Notes: a model not told the origin generated them from the letters alone. A DNA stretch of 62,239 nucleotides, filler included, from Porpidia crustulata (GCA_964255105.1; 2 parts of 2 records of this genome joined end to end with filler, not necessarily neighbours in it); one strand, 5' to 3'; numbered from the whole stretch's first letter, positions 23,740-38,300 are shown. Translations and numbers: made by a program.

Positions 23740-24730
23740 TGGTTCACATACGGTAGACCATGGATTTGACAACTGCGCGATAAAGACAATCTTTGACGTA
23801 GAAGACCCGGCAGAAGAAATAGAACCCAGATGGTTCTTTCGGAACGCCTCATGGAAATCAATCAGAGAGAGAATTGCCGCATATTTTTGAAGCGGCAGGA
23901 TCGGACGTGACGTGGAGGAACAGGGCGAGGAGTTTAAAAGAATTAAACGGGTCTATGCTTGTCTGGAAAGACCATCCAGGGAAGCAAGCAAAGAATGTCA
24001 CGACGTCGTTCGTAAGAAAAAGAGGGCTCATCGAGAGGATTTCCTGGCCGAAGACACAAATATCTGGCAAGCGGCCTGATATGCAACCCTTAAGGGAGCA
24101 GCATCCTTTGCCAAGATTTCGCCGTCGACACGAGAGGATAACATAGTTACAGAAGGTAACGCCGACCAAGTAAAAGAGCTACTGTTAACCTTCTTCTCGC
24201 CTCTGCTGAGTCACATCGAAGGGGGAGAACGGCCACAGAAACCCCAAATACAGACACCTTCTATATCGGAACAAGAAATCGAAAGAAGAGTAAGAGCCGC
24301 TAGTCCATAGAAAGTACATAGGGAAGACGATTTACCAATGATCGTGTGGAGACGGGTGTAGGAAGAAATAGAATGAGCATCAGAAGACTTTTCCAGGTCG
24401 CTAGACGAAGGAGCGCTCCTCCATCGATGGGAAAATGCCGAGATAATCCCGACTCAGAAAGTCTGAAAAAGAAGACTGCTCGCGGGCAAAAACATGGACA
24501 CCGATCTCGCTACCAGCCATGCCAGGTAAGATCTTAGCGTCGGTGGTAGCAGAGCGTGTTTCACATGAATGAACACGGGCTCCTTTCGTGCGATCACTTT
24601 AACGCAAGAAAAACACGCTTCACCGAACAAGCGCCGGCGGTACTATAAGATTGTATGTATAAAGCGTGGAGATCAGATGAGATGCTTAGTCCTATAAGTT
24701 CCGATATCAAAAAGGCATACAATGAAATAT
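23740..24730 (+). mobile_element. Degenerate Tad1-like LINE (endonuclease-RT) relic
   Basis: Decayed motifs HGFDNCAIKTIFD, P*KVHREDDLP (cf. PWKAPGEDGLP), WTPISL..GKIL.SVVAERVSH, DHFNARK, SSDIKKAYN; stops and frameshifts. Confidence 0.75.
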
Positions 24731-25630
24731 ATAAAGGAAAATAAGCATGCAATTCATCCAAAGATCAAACCACACCACCACCGTACCTTGAATCCTCAGC
24801 TTTTACAATACACCGAGGCGAACGATTGATCGACAACGCGTATCGTCGAGGACAACAAGCATTGGCTTCGATATCATCCATAGCTATAGGAATTCATGCG
24901 TTTTCCCTACCTGGGCGCCCTGCGTAATACTACAAGCGACCCCCAAGGCCCATCCTATCCATACAAAAGCTCCTAAAGCTATCTTGGCTAAGAACTGCCT
25001 CTATTTAAGCGATCGAATACTTTTTTAGAGTGTCTCCGTGGTGCAGAAGGCATTCTGGGCCGAGTCTGATGAGGTAAAGAAACTGCCAACGAGGCCTTGT
25101 TGAGATAGCTGTGTCTAGATAGGTGAGCGTTGCTTACCCGATGGCATTTGCCGCCTTCGCTTTGCCAATGAGCACCCGGAAAGCTAGCCTGGCTAATGGG
25201 CCTACAGTGGCTGGTAATAGAGGAATGAGTTTGAATGACGGTGTGAGGTGGGGGTTCACTTTGATAATGCGTCTACAAGGTATGGAACTGTGAAACGTGG
25301 CTAACACGCTCATAGTTCCTGTCACCATGTCGTGCCTGTCTAATTGCACCAGGGGGTGTTAGAAGTCATTGGACCAAACTGATAGGGCTCTTTTACTTAA
25401 GTGGTCTTTGAGTATTTCAATAACTATTAACACCCTTGATGCTCTGTTCGAATCCTTTACCGAAGTATTATTGACACTTCGTTACAGTAATGCACGCAGC
25501 CATCACCCTGTCAAACAAACATTGTTTAAACTTCATGGAACTAGCGCACCTCCGGAAAGCACCCATTCCTTCATGTCAAGCAACAAGGTATATTGGTGGT
25601 ACAGCATGCAAGTCATGATCGCCGCGCTAT

Positions 25631-27016
25631 CTAACGCAACCATGAACGAGGCTCGCTCTCCACCATCCATGTCGTACTTTGCCTGACAAACTGGGACCAA
25701 CTACTCTGACTCTCGGTGTCCACATCCGAATCACTTATACCCGCTCGGACCGTAGCGTTATTCGTCATGCTCGTTCCGAAAAAGCAATCATCGCCTCTGT
25801 AGCGTTGCGGATAGTCATTCAGCTCGAGTGCCTTGTTGCTGAAAAGCGTGTCTCGTGCCTGCGCCGATGCTTTGCATACGTTGGCGCGCGTGGAGTTGGG
25901 GAAGCGGGAACTGTAGTTGTTCGGGATGTAGATGCCCTCGATATGTTGCCGGCGCAGGTCATCGTTGCGAATAAAGCCTGTTTCGAGACTGTCGAAGAAG
26001 GGTCTCAAGCCGGGGATGCAGGCTGTTATCACGCTTAGATTTTGCACGAATTGGGTGCTGATGATTAGCTGCCATGTGCTATAAGTGAGATCGGAGGTTC
26101 CGGATGCTTGGTTGACGTAAGCTAGCTGAGCTATTATCGCTGCTACGACGCTTTAAGACAGTTAGTAGCGCGCTAATGCGCAGACAGCGTGCACTAACAA
26201 TAAGCGAGGTGCGAAGTATCCGGCTACGACTAGTCTCCGCTTTAAGGATATCCTGATGTTCCATGCTGTCCCAAAACATAATAGTATTAGAGCCACGTCG
26301 GTGAGGATATTGACGATTCCAACGTAGTTCCAGAAAGAGGTCTATATTGGGTGAGCGAGATTTGAGACCACAGGAGAACAAAAGCATATACTCGATCGAA
26401 GCATGCACCACCCAGGTAGTTCCAAGGACGAGGTAATTGACACTGCAACGCAGCTGCGGTCTCTGCTGTCCCAGCCCAAATTATTGTGCTTATTCCCGTC
26501 CCTACCAGGAACATCTTTTGGATCTTCTCTGGTGTGATTTTCCAGAGCAGAAAGAGTAACGATGTCTTCGTCAGACATAGGTTGACAATGAATAAGAGGT
26601 TCGCAGCGTAGTCAAACTATGCGGAGCGAGTCTCAATGATGGTTTACAACTGTTTGATCTAAGGAGGTGCGGACTTACCTGTTGATATCTATTGACCTGT
26701 GAAGTTGTCAAACTAGTCTGATGCTGACCTAGTCCATTTTCTGTTTGCAAAGAAACCATGACTGTTTGTCCGACGCTGAAGATCTGACCATACATCCGAT
26801 TAGTACCACGATCCAAGTTTCTACGGGTAAGCTTACCAGCGCCGTTGCTATGATCAAATCATTTGGACTGCACACCCCACGAGAGAGCGCCTGCTGTGTT
26901 GCTGTACGGAATATGACTGCGAGAACGGTTGCTACAAGTAATAACCATGTCACGATGTTGACGATGGGCCCACGGTTTTCAGGAGATACTGATGGTCTCA
27001 ATTCATTCGAAGACAT
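25631..27016 (-). CDS. Pth11-like (fungal rhodopsin-domain) integral membrane protein, multi-exon
   Basis: NRGPIVNIVTWLLLV, NGLGQH, LQCQLPRPW, NLSVITACIPGLRPFFDSL. Confidence 0.82.
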
Positions 27017-28159
27017 AATCTAGGAATGGGAAATTAAATTAATCTGTGGTTCAAATCATATAATTCTTGCCGCTGATTTGACGAGGAAAGTTCGACAGAC
27101 GTTTAAAGACCGTTATGATTTCGATTAAAGATGCTGGCGCTGGAAAGATTTGACAGATGTCTCCATGACTTTAGAGCGAGGACAGATAGATTAAGGCTTC
27201 GCTCAATGCGGTGTCTATAACTAAATCCCTATGGACACATCTAGCTAGTGCAAGGTGAATAACGTGCCGTTCTGGTGCATCTGAGCTGGTTACCCCGTAC
27301 AAACATAATGGTACCTTAGAAGCACGGATAAACTTTTATTTTTGTTTTTGCCCGACGACGGAGCCGATAAGGTCGCATTTACTTTATCCTAGGCGTACCG
27401 CATAAGCTTATCACATTGCGGCTATATCTACTTGTCCGTTTGTTATGTGCATCGAGACTGAGGGGGATTCGATCTCAATGGCTGTATGTTCACCTCGTTT
27501 GCAGTCTCACTTGTCGCTGCAAACCCAGAGGGAATTCGTCCACTAGAATATCTATAATGCTACCGGGAAAGAACTTTCCGGATGGGATGGCGTTGTTGCG
27601 ACGCCGACGCCGTATTCGAATTCTGACTTTCAAGCGAAGGCTTTCGGCTGGCCTCGATTGTATTTTGTGATATGCATCAGATTCTTCAACATACGAAATT
27701 TGGATACAGGGCTGGCATTTCGGGAAAGATGTTCGAAATAACAGAGGTCTCTTGCATCGTGAGGCGAGAACATATGCAGTGTACGTGGGAGAGAGTGTTT
27801 CAAGTTTTGAACAATGCACCTTTTGCCCCCTTTCGGCCAGACGCATTCAACTACTGGCCCGCCATCCACGAAGACACAATGCGATAATATAATACTTTGG
27901 TAGCTCCGATGCAAGACACGGTCTCCCGAATCTGCACGCACCTCAACGCCGATACGAAGTCAAGATTTGGATATTGTGGGGGCATCCCGATGGCGGTACC
28001 AATGGCAAAGCACGTGGCCATCGTCGGGCAAAAGCTCACTGAAATATTGGGCCGATCAAAGCGGCTACAAGTGAAGGGCCATCCTCGTTCAAACCATCCC
28101 AATAGGACAATTTATAGCAGGAGCTTGCTACCCTTGTGAGTCAACAGATTTACTCCTCG

Positions 28160-29503
28160 GCTTAACACGTCTCCAGCTTCACCATTCGCAGCATAATCGG
28201 CACCACTACCTTCGTCAAGGCTGAGAATCACCATGGACGGCTTTCATGAGCTTTCCGAGGCAGACAAAGATAAAATGGCAACCAAGAGGATAAGACAATC
28301 GGAGTTCGAATGTCAATCTTTGCTTGATAGCGACCAAGCAGAATTGGCAAAAGTGGGTAAGAAACAAGTGCTTAAGGTATGTGCACTCAGTCGAATATCT
28401 TCTATGGGTACTGAGCAAGCTGATTTTTGAAGCGGCGGTTCGGGTTCACTGCAATATTGGGCTTCAGCTGCACGATACTAATCACTTGGGAGGGCGTCTT
28501 GCAGTGAGTTACTCCTGCAAGGGAGGAGAAACAAACGCTGATCAGATCTTGTACAGACAATTCACAATCGGCTTTTACAAGTAGCAATACCCTGACGTAT
28601 TCCGTGCGAACGGCGGAAAGGCTTACATTTACCCAAGTGGAGGTCCAGCAGGGTTGGTATACGGCTACCTTCTCGTTTGGATTGGGACAATGTCTGTATT
28701 TACTACTACAGCGGAAATGGCTTCAATGTATGTACATTTTAGGATAGGTCGATTTGAGAGCTTCTCTCTCAAAGGCTGACTACAGTCACAAGGGCGCCTA
28801 CCAGTGGTGGTCAATATCACTGGGTTTCTATGCTTAACACGTCTCCAGCTTCACCATTCGCAGCATAATCGGCACCACTACCTTCGTCAAGGCTGAGAAT
28901 CACCATGGACGGCTTTCATGAGCTTTCCGAGGCAGACAAAGATAAAATGGCAACCAAGAGGATAAGACAATCGGAGTTCGAATGTCAATCTTTGCTTGAT
29001 AGCGACCAAGCAGAATTGGCAAAAGTGGGTAAGAAACAAGTGCTTAAGGTATGTGCACTCAGTCGAATATCTTCTATGGGTACTGAGCAAGCTGATTTTT
29101 GAAGCGGCGGTTCGGGTTCACTGCAATATTGGGCTTCAGCTGCACGATACTAATCACTTGGGAGGGCGTCTTGCAGTGAGTTACTCCTGCAAGGGAGGAG
29201 AAACAAACGCTGATCAGATCTTGTACAGACAATTCACAATCGGCTTTTACAAGTAGCAATACCCTGACGTATTCCGTGCGAACGGCGGAAAGGCTTACAT
29301 TTACCCAAGTGGAGGTCCAGCAGGGTTGGTATACGGCTACCTTCTCGTTTGGATTGGGACAATGTCTGTATTTACTACTACAGCGGAAATGGCTTCAATG
29401 TATGTACATTTTAGGATAGGTCGATTTGAGAGCTTCTCTCTCAAAGGCTGACTACAGTCACAAGGGCGCCTACCAGTGGTGGTCAATATCACTGGGTTTC
29501 TAT
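28160..29503 (+). repeat. Apparently exact 672-bp tandem duplication (28160-28831, 28832-29503)
   Basis: Identical ORF translations at a 672-bp offset; GCT microhomology at the junction. Confidence 0.95.
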
Positions 29504-31012
29504 GCTAGCACCTCCGTCATCCCAGAAGTTCCTGAGTTACGTTACAGGTGGGTATACATGAAATTTGACCTTACCTTCAACGGTGAAACTAAGTAATACA
29601 GGATGGCTGATGGTTGTTGCCTGGCAAGCTTCTGCCGCGGGTCTCGGATACATTTCCGGTACTATCATTCAGGGGCTCATCGCGCTGAATAATCCGAACT
29701 ACATCTTCGAGCGATGGCATGGTACCCTACTGTTCTGGGCTTGTACGCTTTTCGCAGTGTCGGTAAACACATGCATTGGCCTCTTCCTCCCCGCGATTGA
29801 AAGATTTATCCTGATACTACATCTTTTTGGATTTTTCGTCATTCTTGTCCCAATGGTATATCTAGGACCTCACGGTTCCAGCGCAGATGTTTTTACTCAA
29901 TTTTTGAATAAAGGGAATTGGAGCACTCAGGGGTTATCGTTGTTTGTAGGACTTAGTGGGAATGTGTTTTCTTTGCTTGGTATGTCAAATTTCTATGTGA
30001 AATTATGTGTTGGTTGTAATTAACGCATTCCCGTAGGCGCGGATGGTGCTGTCCACGTATAGCGTCCTATACTTGATTTGAACACTAAATATTCATGCTG
30101 ATGCACGCTCTAGATGTGCGAAGAAATCCACAACGCCTCGACAGTGGTTCCACAATCCATTCTCCTGAGCCTAGGCATCAACGGCGCTCTAGGATTCGGG
30201 ATACTTATCGCCGTACTATACTGTCTTGGGGACATCCAGACTGTGCTTGATACATCGACCGGATATCCTTTCATAGAGATATTTCTCCAAGCTACAAACT
30301 CCATTCCAGGAACCTCGATCATGGTGGCTATCGTTCTTATCCTAGGTATCTGTTCCGAGATCGCGCTGCTAGCGGCCTCGTCCAGGATGATGTGGGCCTT
30401 TGCTCGTGACCGAGGGCTTCCCGGATGGCGGATGCTGAGCAAGGTAACGACTGCCCTCAAGTTTCTCACCCTCCGTGCAGTCGTATCCTTTCAGATTTAC
30501 AAAAGCTAAGCATATATTTCCCACAGATTGAGACTCGCAGCGCCATCCCCATCCCAGCCGTCATCGCAACCACCCTCATCTCCTGCATCCTCGCCCTCAT
30601 TAGCATCGGTTCCTCCATCGTCTTAATCGACATGATTAGCATCGCCGTCAGCTGTCTATACTCATCATACCTCATATGCTGCTGCCTTCTCCTCTGGCGC
30701 CGCTGTACTGGGATCATCCGAGCACGCTCCGACGGCCCAAATCAGCTGGCCAACACCGCCGGCGGCGCCCAATTAGTTTGGGGCTCGTGGCGGTTGCCGG
30801 CCGCTTTCGGCGTCGTCAACAATGCGTTTGCTTGCATGTATTTGGCGGTGCTGCTGTTCTTCACCTTTTGGCCGCCGGATGCGGCGTCGACTCTGGAGAC
30901 GATAAACTTTGCGGTGTTGACCACGGGAACGGTGGTGGGTTTCAGCGTTGTGTACTATCTTGTGTGGGCGCGTAAATGTTATACAGGACCGATTGTTGAA
31001 ATTCGTTTGTAG
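28905..31012 (+). CDS. Amino-acid/GABA/choline permease (APC superfamily), multi-exon; truncated duplicate of 5' part starts at 28233
   Basis: LAKVGKKQVLKRRFGF, GGPAGLVYG, AEMASMAPTSGGQYHWV, WHGTLL, HMCEEIHNA, SRMMWAFARDRGLP. Confidence 0.88.
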
Positions 31013-31297
31013 GATTCGGAAATTGATTGAGAGACTACGCACGAGTGATGTGAAGAAATCGAAGAATGAAATGAAACATTTAATTCAGAAAGCTACGGAG
31101 GATAAGTCATTTTACTTACTCGTATCTTCTAGATAAAGATCTCCATTTTTTAATTCGATCGAAATTTAATAAAGTTGTCACATTCGAACAGTCTTTCGAA
31201 TCTTTTGAATCTTTTAGTGATTAATTTACATTTCACATAATTCCTTCGATCTATGTCTATCCTCTGCACAGGCCCCCCCATCCAAAGACAGTCGAGA

Positions 31298-31397
31298 NNN
31301 NNNNNNNNNNNNNNNNNNNNNNNNNNNNNNNNNNNNNNNNNTTAATTAATTAANNNNNNNNNNNNNNNNNNNNNNNNNNNNNNNNNNNNNNNNNNNN
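31298..31397. other. Assembly gap with artificial TTAATTAATTAA linker (31342-31353)
   Basis: Six-frame-stop 12-mer centred in an N run. Confidence 0.93.
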
Positions 31398-32233
31398 TTG
31401 GTGCCGTTTGGGGGGTTGGTTTATTGGAGGGTTGGAAAGTCGACAGGGTTGAGGGTTTGGAGATTTGGAGATGTAGAGAGATGGAGAGGGAGCCGCGGGG
31501 GGTTTTGTAGGATTCGAGTCATGTCACGAGGTAACAATGTGGGCTATTGGGGTTTCGACGCGTGGGAGCGTGAATTCGCTCTTCTGTGGGGGGCGCCTTG
31601 GGGAGGTGAAGCGACGGATGCGGGAGGGTAAAAAAAAGTGAAAGGTTTGTAGGACTCATGGTAGTGGATGGATGGTTTGGTCGGATCGGTGGTTGGGGTG
31701 CGGATTACAGTCGTATAGTTTCGCATGGGCGAATTGGCCAGATAGTCGGAACACTGAAAGGGTGTATTTGTGCGTTGAGATTCGGTTCTGTTCATTGAGC
31801 TCCATTTGTCCATGCAGAAATCTCATAGTGCCCGGAGGTTATCCGCTGGACTTGGAAGCCGCCGGCCGAGGTGAGCAAATAGAAAAGGATAGATAGAATA
31901 CATATTGAGGAATTGGTGGAAGGACGGCGATGAAGGTTTTTTCTGGGAATACACGAGCGTCAAAGCGGAAGACACTGATGCGAAGGACTTGGTGGGGGAC
32001 TCACTGCTATTGCGATGCCCTTCACAGCTTGATCCATTGAAACTGTATCATCCAATAGAATCTCCTGCTCATTGCCTCAAACCCTTGTCATCATCAGGTG
32101 AGAGTGGTAAACTTGCTCAAACTTACTAGATCATCCGCTTCATCCGCACTTCTTCTTCTCCCTCCTTCCTCATCCATCTCCCTTCCATCTCAAACAGCAA
32201 ATCCACGCAGCACCTTGTCCCTCTACCTCTATC

Positions 32234-33118
32234 ATGGAATCCCCAAACACTCTCGAGCCCCGTCATCCTTCCCAGCCCCAATCGACGAGCGCCCAGCATG
32301 GATATCCGTGCCCTCCGCGAAACTTCTTCAGTGAACAACTCGCTAAATTCAGAGCACAAAAGGTCTCCAAGCCCGAGCCGTGCGAGCCGCCGCATAACCC
32401 CGAAGGCCGCGTAGACATCGACCGGAGGCTCAGGGCGCATCTGCGTCTCATACAGGAAGACGAAACGAAGGCAAGAGAGGCGGCGGAAAGCATGAGGCTG
32501 ATGTCATATTCGGTAAAAGAGTTGGTAGAGATTGTATTGGCAGCGGAAAAGACGAAGATAAGGCAAGGCGATCAGCCTCAGGAGGCTTCGGCGGAAGGGG
32601 ATCAGGGTATAGATGAGTGCGTGGACGAAGATGAGGATCCGCTCGGAGGACAGGAACACTCTTCTCGCACTCCAGCGAGGTCGCGACTGTCAAAGACTAG
32701 CGTTTGCCTTGCGGAAGAGCTGTTCGAATTCGCAGACGGTACGATCGGAATCCATTACGGTCGTAGTGGACGTTGTCCCAATCGGAGAGCGGACTAATTG
32801 TGGGTCAACATCTTCCGTCGCGAGTCCATTGAGCGGGAATTTCCAACCGTTCTCTCCGAAACCTCCTTACAAAGCGGTTTACGAATTTTCTCCGGCATTG
32901 TAGGACACGGAAATTTGAAAGAGAGGATTAATCCGTCGGCAAGGAGTCGGCTGCAATGTGATTGGGAGCGGATATGTACGAAGACCAAGGAAGTTGAAGT
33001 ATGGAGACGGACTGAAGGAAAGTCAAGGGGGCGCCTGCTGAATTTGACACCCGACGTCACGGCCTTTTTTAAACATAGAGCACGTTCTCATGTAACACGC
33101 AAGAATGCATTTAGATGA
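32234..33118 (+). pseudogene. Hypothetical ORF split by one in-frame TAA (32795-32797)
   Basis: 187-aa and 106-aa ORFs are contiguous in the same frame; no family recognised. Confidence 0.35.
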
Positions 33119-33287
33119 TAGTAATATTGCCTTTCACACACTTGATGATTGACTGCGAACACTATCATAAGATCGCATTTAAAGCGCTAGGATATCGGCA
33201 CCAAGCAACCACGATCATGTTCAGTACCATCTCAATGTTTGATTAAAGAATGAGAAGATTGAAGGAAATGATGCTGACTATCTGAGC

Positions 33288-35362
33288 TTAAACGCGTTTG
33301 ACGGCAATGGCCTGGTCGGCAGCAACAGCACCGTCGAATTTGTACAAGGGCTCAAGCTTGGCACCCTTTCGCATAAACACGTAACGGTTGAACCACCAGG
33401 GTAGCGCCTTGGTGAGCTGATATTTCATGTGGGTGCGAGTGGGTACGGCGAAGACGTAATCCAATTCTTCCAGCGTGCGCTGCTTGGTCTCGGGTACCCA
33501 CAAGAAGATCATGACGAGGGCCGTGACATTCAAAGCGGCGTAGAAGACGAAGGCGCCTACGGGGTGGAAGGCGATCAGGATCCGGGGGAAACTGATGGAC
33601 AGAACTGCGGCCCAGAAGAGGCAGGTCGCTACCGCCCAGCTCATACCAACTTCACGATGAGACAGAGGAAAAACCTCGGCCGAGTAGGTGAACGGCACTG
33701 GGCCTTCACCGGGGGAGTAGAAAGCGGCAAAGAGGAAGATGAAGAATGCAATCATGCCGAGGTGAGCCCTAGATTGCTCAGGAATGATGAAGCAAAGGCC
33801 AGCCGCAAGCAAGGTCCAGGCCATTTGGGGAAAAGTAAAGAGAAGCAAAGTTCGGCGACCCCATGTGTCGATGGTCCAGATGGCCGGCCAGGCAAAGGTG
33901 AAGTTGACTAGACCGAATCCCCAAGACACTAGAAGAGCGGTCAAGGGTTTGGCACCGGCATTGACAAAGACGGTCGATGAGTAAAAGGCGATGATGTTGA
34001 TACCGCACATCTGCTGCGCTAACATGACTACGAATGAGGCGAGAGTCGCACGTCGGACACGGGGGATGGTGAAAAGTTCGATAAAGCGGGTGACGTAGTT
34101 ATTCTTGCCAATGATATCCGCTTCCTCCTGAATCTGAGCATGAATGTAGTAAAGGTCACGAGCGGCTTGAAGGGGTGTGTTTCGAAGACGACACAGTGAC
34201 TGAAAAGCTTTGGCGTATTTTTGTTTCTTGATATACCAACGCGGTGATTCGGGGCAGAAGTAAACGCCGACAAGAAGCGGTACCGCAGGGATGAAAGCAG
34301 AGCCGAGTTGGAGGCGCCACGAGATGCTTCCCGTATTGTAGACGGCCAAATTGGCGCTGAATCCGAGGAATATTCCAAAAGCAGTCCACATCTGCCAACT
34401 CATCACCAAACCTCCACGGATCGCCGCAGGGCAATTCTCAGCAGCGTAGATCGGGACGGTCGAGGCCTTTGCACCCATGCCAATGCCAAGGAGCAAACGA
34501 GTCACGAAGAGTTGCGGCCACGATTGAGAAACTGCAGAACCGATGACGGACAAGAAGCAAAAGACCGCGGCGAAGAAGATGGTCCCGCGACGTCCAAAGT
34601 AGTTGTTCAGAGGGTCAGACATCCAGCAACCGCTACTGGTCGTTAGATTGGAGGATACTAGATGGATTGCAGATACGTACATGAAGGCAGATCCTAGATA
34701 CGGTCCGGCGTTGACAACACCTACGATCCAACTATTCTTCGAATAATCCACGCCAGCCACCGGCTGGTTTTTGACCACGGGAGAATCGGGAACACCAAAG
34801 GCAACAGGCCATGTTAAGTTCGCACCATTGGAGCCAGTTTGGTCCCAGCCCTGAACGGCGGCGCCGATCGAACAAAGAATGACGGTAAAGTACAGGGAGA
34901 CTGGTTGACGCCACTTGTGGAGAACCTCGTTGCGTAAAGCATCGCGCTCAGTGTCGTCCAACTCATCGATTTGTTCAAAGGCCGGTGGGTCTTGCGCAAC
35001 CAAAGCGCCCTTCTTCAAGAGTGGGATGTGCTCGACCATAGCAGCATCGTTGGCGAATTGCTCCACATTACTAAGGAGGGTATGACGGGGAATGCCGGCC
35101 AAAGGATTCTGAATCCTACACACATGTCAGTGTACGTTAAGCGGATAGCTCTTGGAAGTCTACGTACCTAGCAGTGACATTTCTATTCAGATTGACCGAT
35201 TGCTGACGGCCTCTCTCTTGTTGGGTGATGTGCTCATACTGATCGGAAGACCTGGAAGAATTCGTCAACACTTGGTCTTTGTAGCCTGGTTCAAGACTGG
35301 GGTGCGCGATTCACACACTTTTCAGTCTGGGTCAAGTCGCCTTTCTCTGAGAAATCGGCCAT
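33288..35362 (-). CDS. MFS sugar porter (polyol/myo-inositol transporter-like), multi-exon
   Basis: [55 protein letters not shown]. Confidence 0.93.
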
Positions 35363-38300
35363 GATTACAATTGTCAAGCAAAAGACAAAAGGGTATCAAG
35401 GCTATCGAGAGAATGGCGAGAGAAGATGGAGAAAGTAAAGGAAGAGAAAGTGAGGGAGGAGAAAGGATGCAGAGTGAAGAAGAGAGACGCAGCAGCGAAG
35501 ATCTTAAGAAATTGACAGGGTCATGGGATTGGTGTTGGAGTGGGGCAGGGCAGAGCAGGGCATACTTATGATTATTACTGTTCCATGTAATGTTTGTATG
35601 TACGTAGTACTGCCGTTTCACCGTAGAGTGTCCAGTAGTAGCTTACCCCGAAGGATTTGATTTGAAGTGCATCGTTGCATAGGGCGACATTTTCGGAATG
35701 CTTCATCAAATCACCAGTCGCACTACAGCTGGGCCAGTCATTACACTTTGAACGCCAACCCTTCCACAATCCACACATCTTTACCTATCTGGCATTAGTG
35801 CCACTGGGATGCAGACCTTGGCGGCATCTCACTGGCCCAGCGAGTCGTCCTACCGCCTAGAGGATCCATGATGAGCACTTGCCCATGGACAGTTACTCCG
35901 ACTGTTGGCTTTTAGGCTCGCTGGCAGGCTGATACGCCGACCGCCCCATCCTTCTCCAGACTTATAACGACCTGAGTGTCTACCGTTTTCCTGGGGTTTG
36001 ATCGCGTGGATCAACCGGTTCTCTAGCCCTTTTGGCCCTGGTTAGACCCTGACGGCCAGTGCGGAAAGGGCCTGAGAATTGCAACTTGGGGTAATTTGGA
36101 GCTTGAGCTACTACCCACAAGGCCCCAAACCACTCGACCACAGCTTAAATAAAGAGATCCATTGCCTCGGGGATGTGTGTCACACCATATCTGTTGGCGT
36201 GCTGAGCCGTAATCTATCCATGTCGAGCCAAGACCTCCCGTATGTAGGTAATCTGCTCTGCATTGTTGCTGTGCGACCAATTGCCTGCATGTATTCGTCT
36301 TTGGAATCGACTCGCATCGATCGATGCAAATAAAAACTGCTAAAAGCGGGGGGAGTCTGCAGCTTGCAGATACTTTCCTCAGGCTTTGGGTAATGCTTCT
36401 TGAGTCTCGACTGCGACGGACTACCTAAGCAATCGATACGACCCACAAGATGGCCGATACACCAATATACCAATAGGTGCCATGTCCTCCGTAAATATTG
36501 CAGTGCTCTCGGTTATCACGGTTATCCTCAACTTTTAGCCGAGGAACATCCTCCTCAGATACATTCATAGTATTACTCTCCTCTGCGGTTCATCGCCACG
36601 AGTAGTTGCATATCGCGGCATATTATAACAAACACACTCTTCATTTTCGTCGCCTTTCCGTTCCGGGCTCCTTCGTTCGGATGTTCCAATACAGATATAT
36701 CTATCTACTGAGATACTCTAATGAAGGTAAGTATCACATTGATTTACTTTTCTAGAATGCTTCGGTCTGTTGATTAACCGGCGCTTACAACAGTCTTTGT
36801 TTCTCTGGATGTGGGAAATCCCGTGATTCTGGCTGCTGGGCATGTCAGCTTATGACGTTGGTCCACCGCTCTCAGCTTTTGTGATGGATCACGTTCTTGC
36901 GCAGAATTTACAAATTTGCCCCACATGAATTCTGATTCGACGTGGTCGCCAACGCTGCTTTTCGAGTTACGGCTTTCAACTTGCCCAATCTACCTCACAT
37001 CCAATGCTCGGCATCTTTTGGTAATCAGCCTGGTACGCCTTCCCACACGATAATCGAGTTTAAAGCATCTCAGTGTCTGACCGTCTAAACTCTAAAGATG
37101 GTCCGTTACGGATTGCTTGGACCTAATAGTGAGCGTTGCTTTCGGGCATTAAATTAGAGTACAGTCTTCTTGTTATGGAGTAAAGCCTGCATCAATCCCC
37201 GCCCCCAGGATCCCCATACAACGGGAAAGCTAGAGGGACTGGCGGAAACGCAGTCCCTTACGCTGAGTCGTTTTAGGCCTCAGTGGATCAGCCTCAGCGA
37301 ACTGCCTTGTAGGCATCATTGAATTACTACTCGATAAAATCATTTAGTTCATACTTGGACGCCTACAAGTGGTGAAGTACTTCACGTTACGCCTTTGGAT
37401 CGACACTGTCCAAGTTCCATGTGACTTGGTGATGACTCGGCAACCTGAGTGCGTGAGTGGATGTAATAATCCTAGCTGGTTAGCACGGCACACGACTGGG
37501 CAACTGTACGCCGGTCATAAACCCTGTCGGATCGCACTACGCCCTAGGGCTAGGGTTATAAAATCCTGCTGGCGCTCTCACTGGACATTTTCGCCGAACC
37601 TTAGATTCAAAGTTGTTCTTCGTTCACCTAATTTATCGGAATATTCAAATGGATCGATAATATACTTCTGACGACTTGAAAATCCTCATAGCACAAACCG
37701 AGTTCTCAGAGTCAGCTCGGAGTATCTGCGTAGTCTGTGTGGAGATGAATTACTTCCTGCAATCAAACGAGTCGTATCCAAATAGTCTTGAGCTCGCCGT
37801 CAGTCTTTTTCCGCCGTCATTTCCTCAATCGCCAACTGTCATCATAATTCTTGATTGTCCCCATCTCTTCCGAGCGAACAAATCTTATGTATTCTACGTT
37901 TGCATGCTGAATGGGCCTTTATCAGACTCTCATGAGAATGGTTTTGGGCGCTCTGTTTTGACTGTCGATCATTACTACTGCGGATGACCGGTTAAGACCG
38001 GCGCAGCGTACGTTGGTGGTCATCAGGATGCTCCGTTGAGTACATCAGGCTTGTGCAATTACTCAAGACTAAACCGAGGAGTCTAGATACCAGGATTGCT
38101 ATCTTTCATCTTTGTACATACTGACATACAATGCAAATTATGGAGATTTTGTTTCATAACTTATACAACAGTGAAAATTTCCGATCAAAATATCGAGTAG
38201 ATGTGGAAAAGAAAAACTATGATAGAGTGTACATTCCCTCGATTGTAAGGAAACATGTAACAAGAACAACTCCCATGCCCGATTTCGAAGGAAATACAAT

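Noticed and set aside
31342..31353. TTAATTAATTAA palindrome
   Set aside because: Artificial six-frame-stop scaffold linker inside an N run; adjacency across it is also unproven
35940..37215. SYGGRG (CreA-like) sites upstream of the sugar transporter
   Set aside because: Degenerate 6-mer expected by chance at this density
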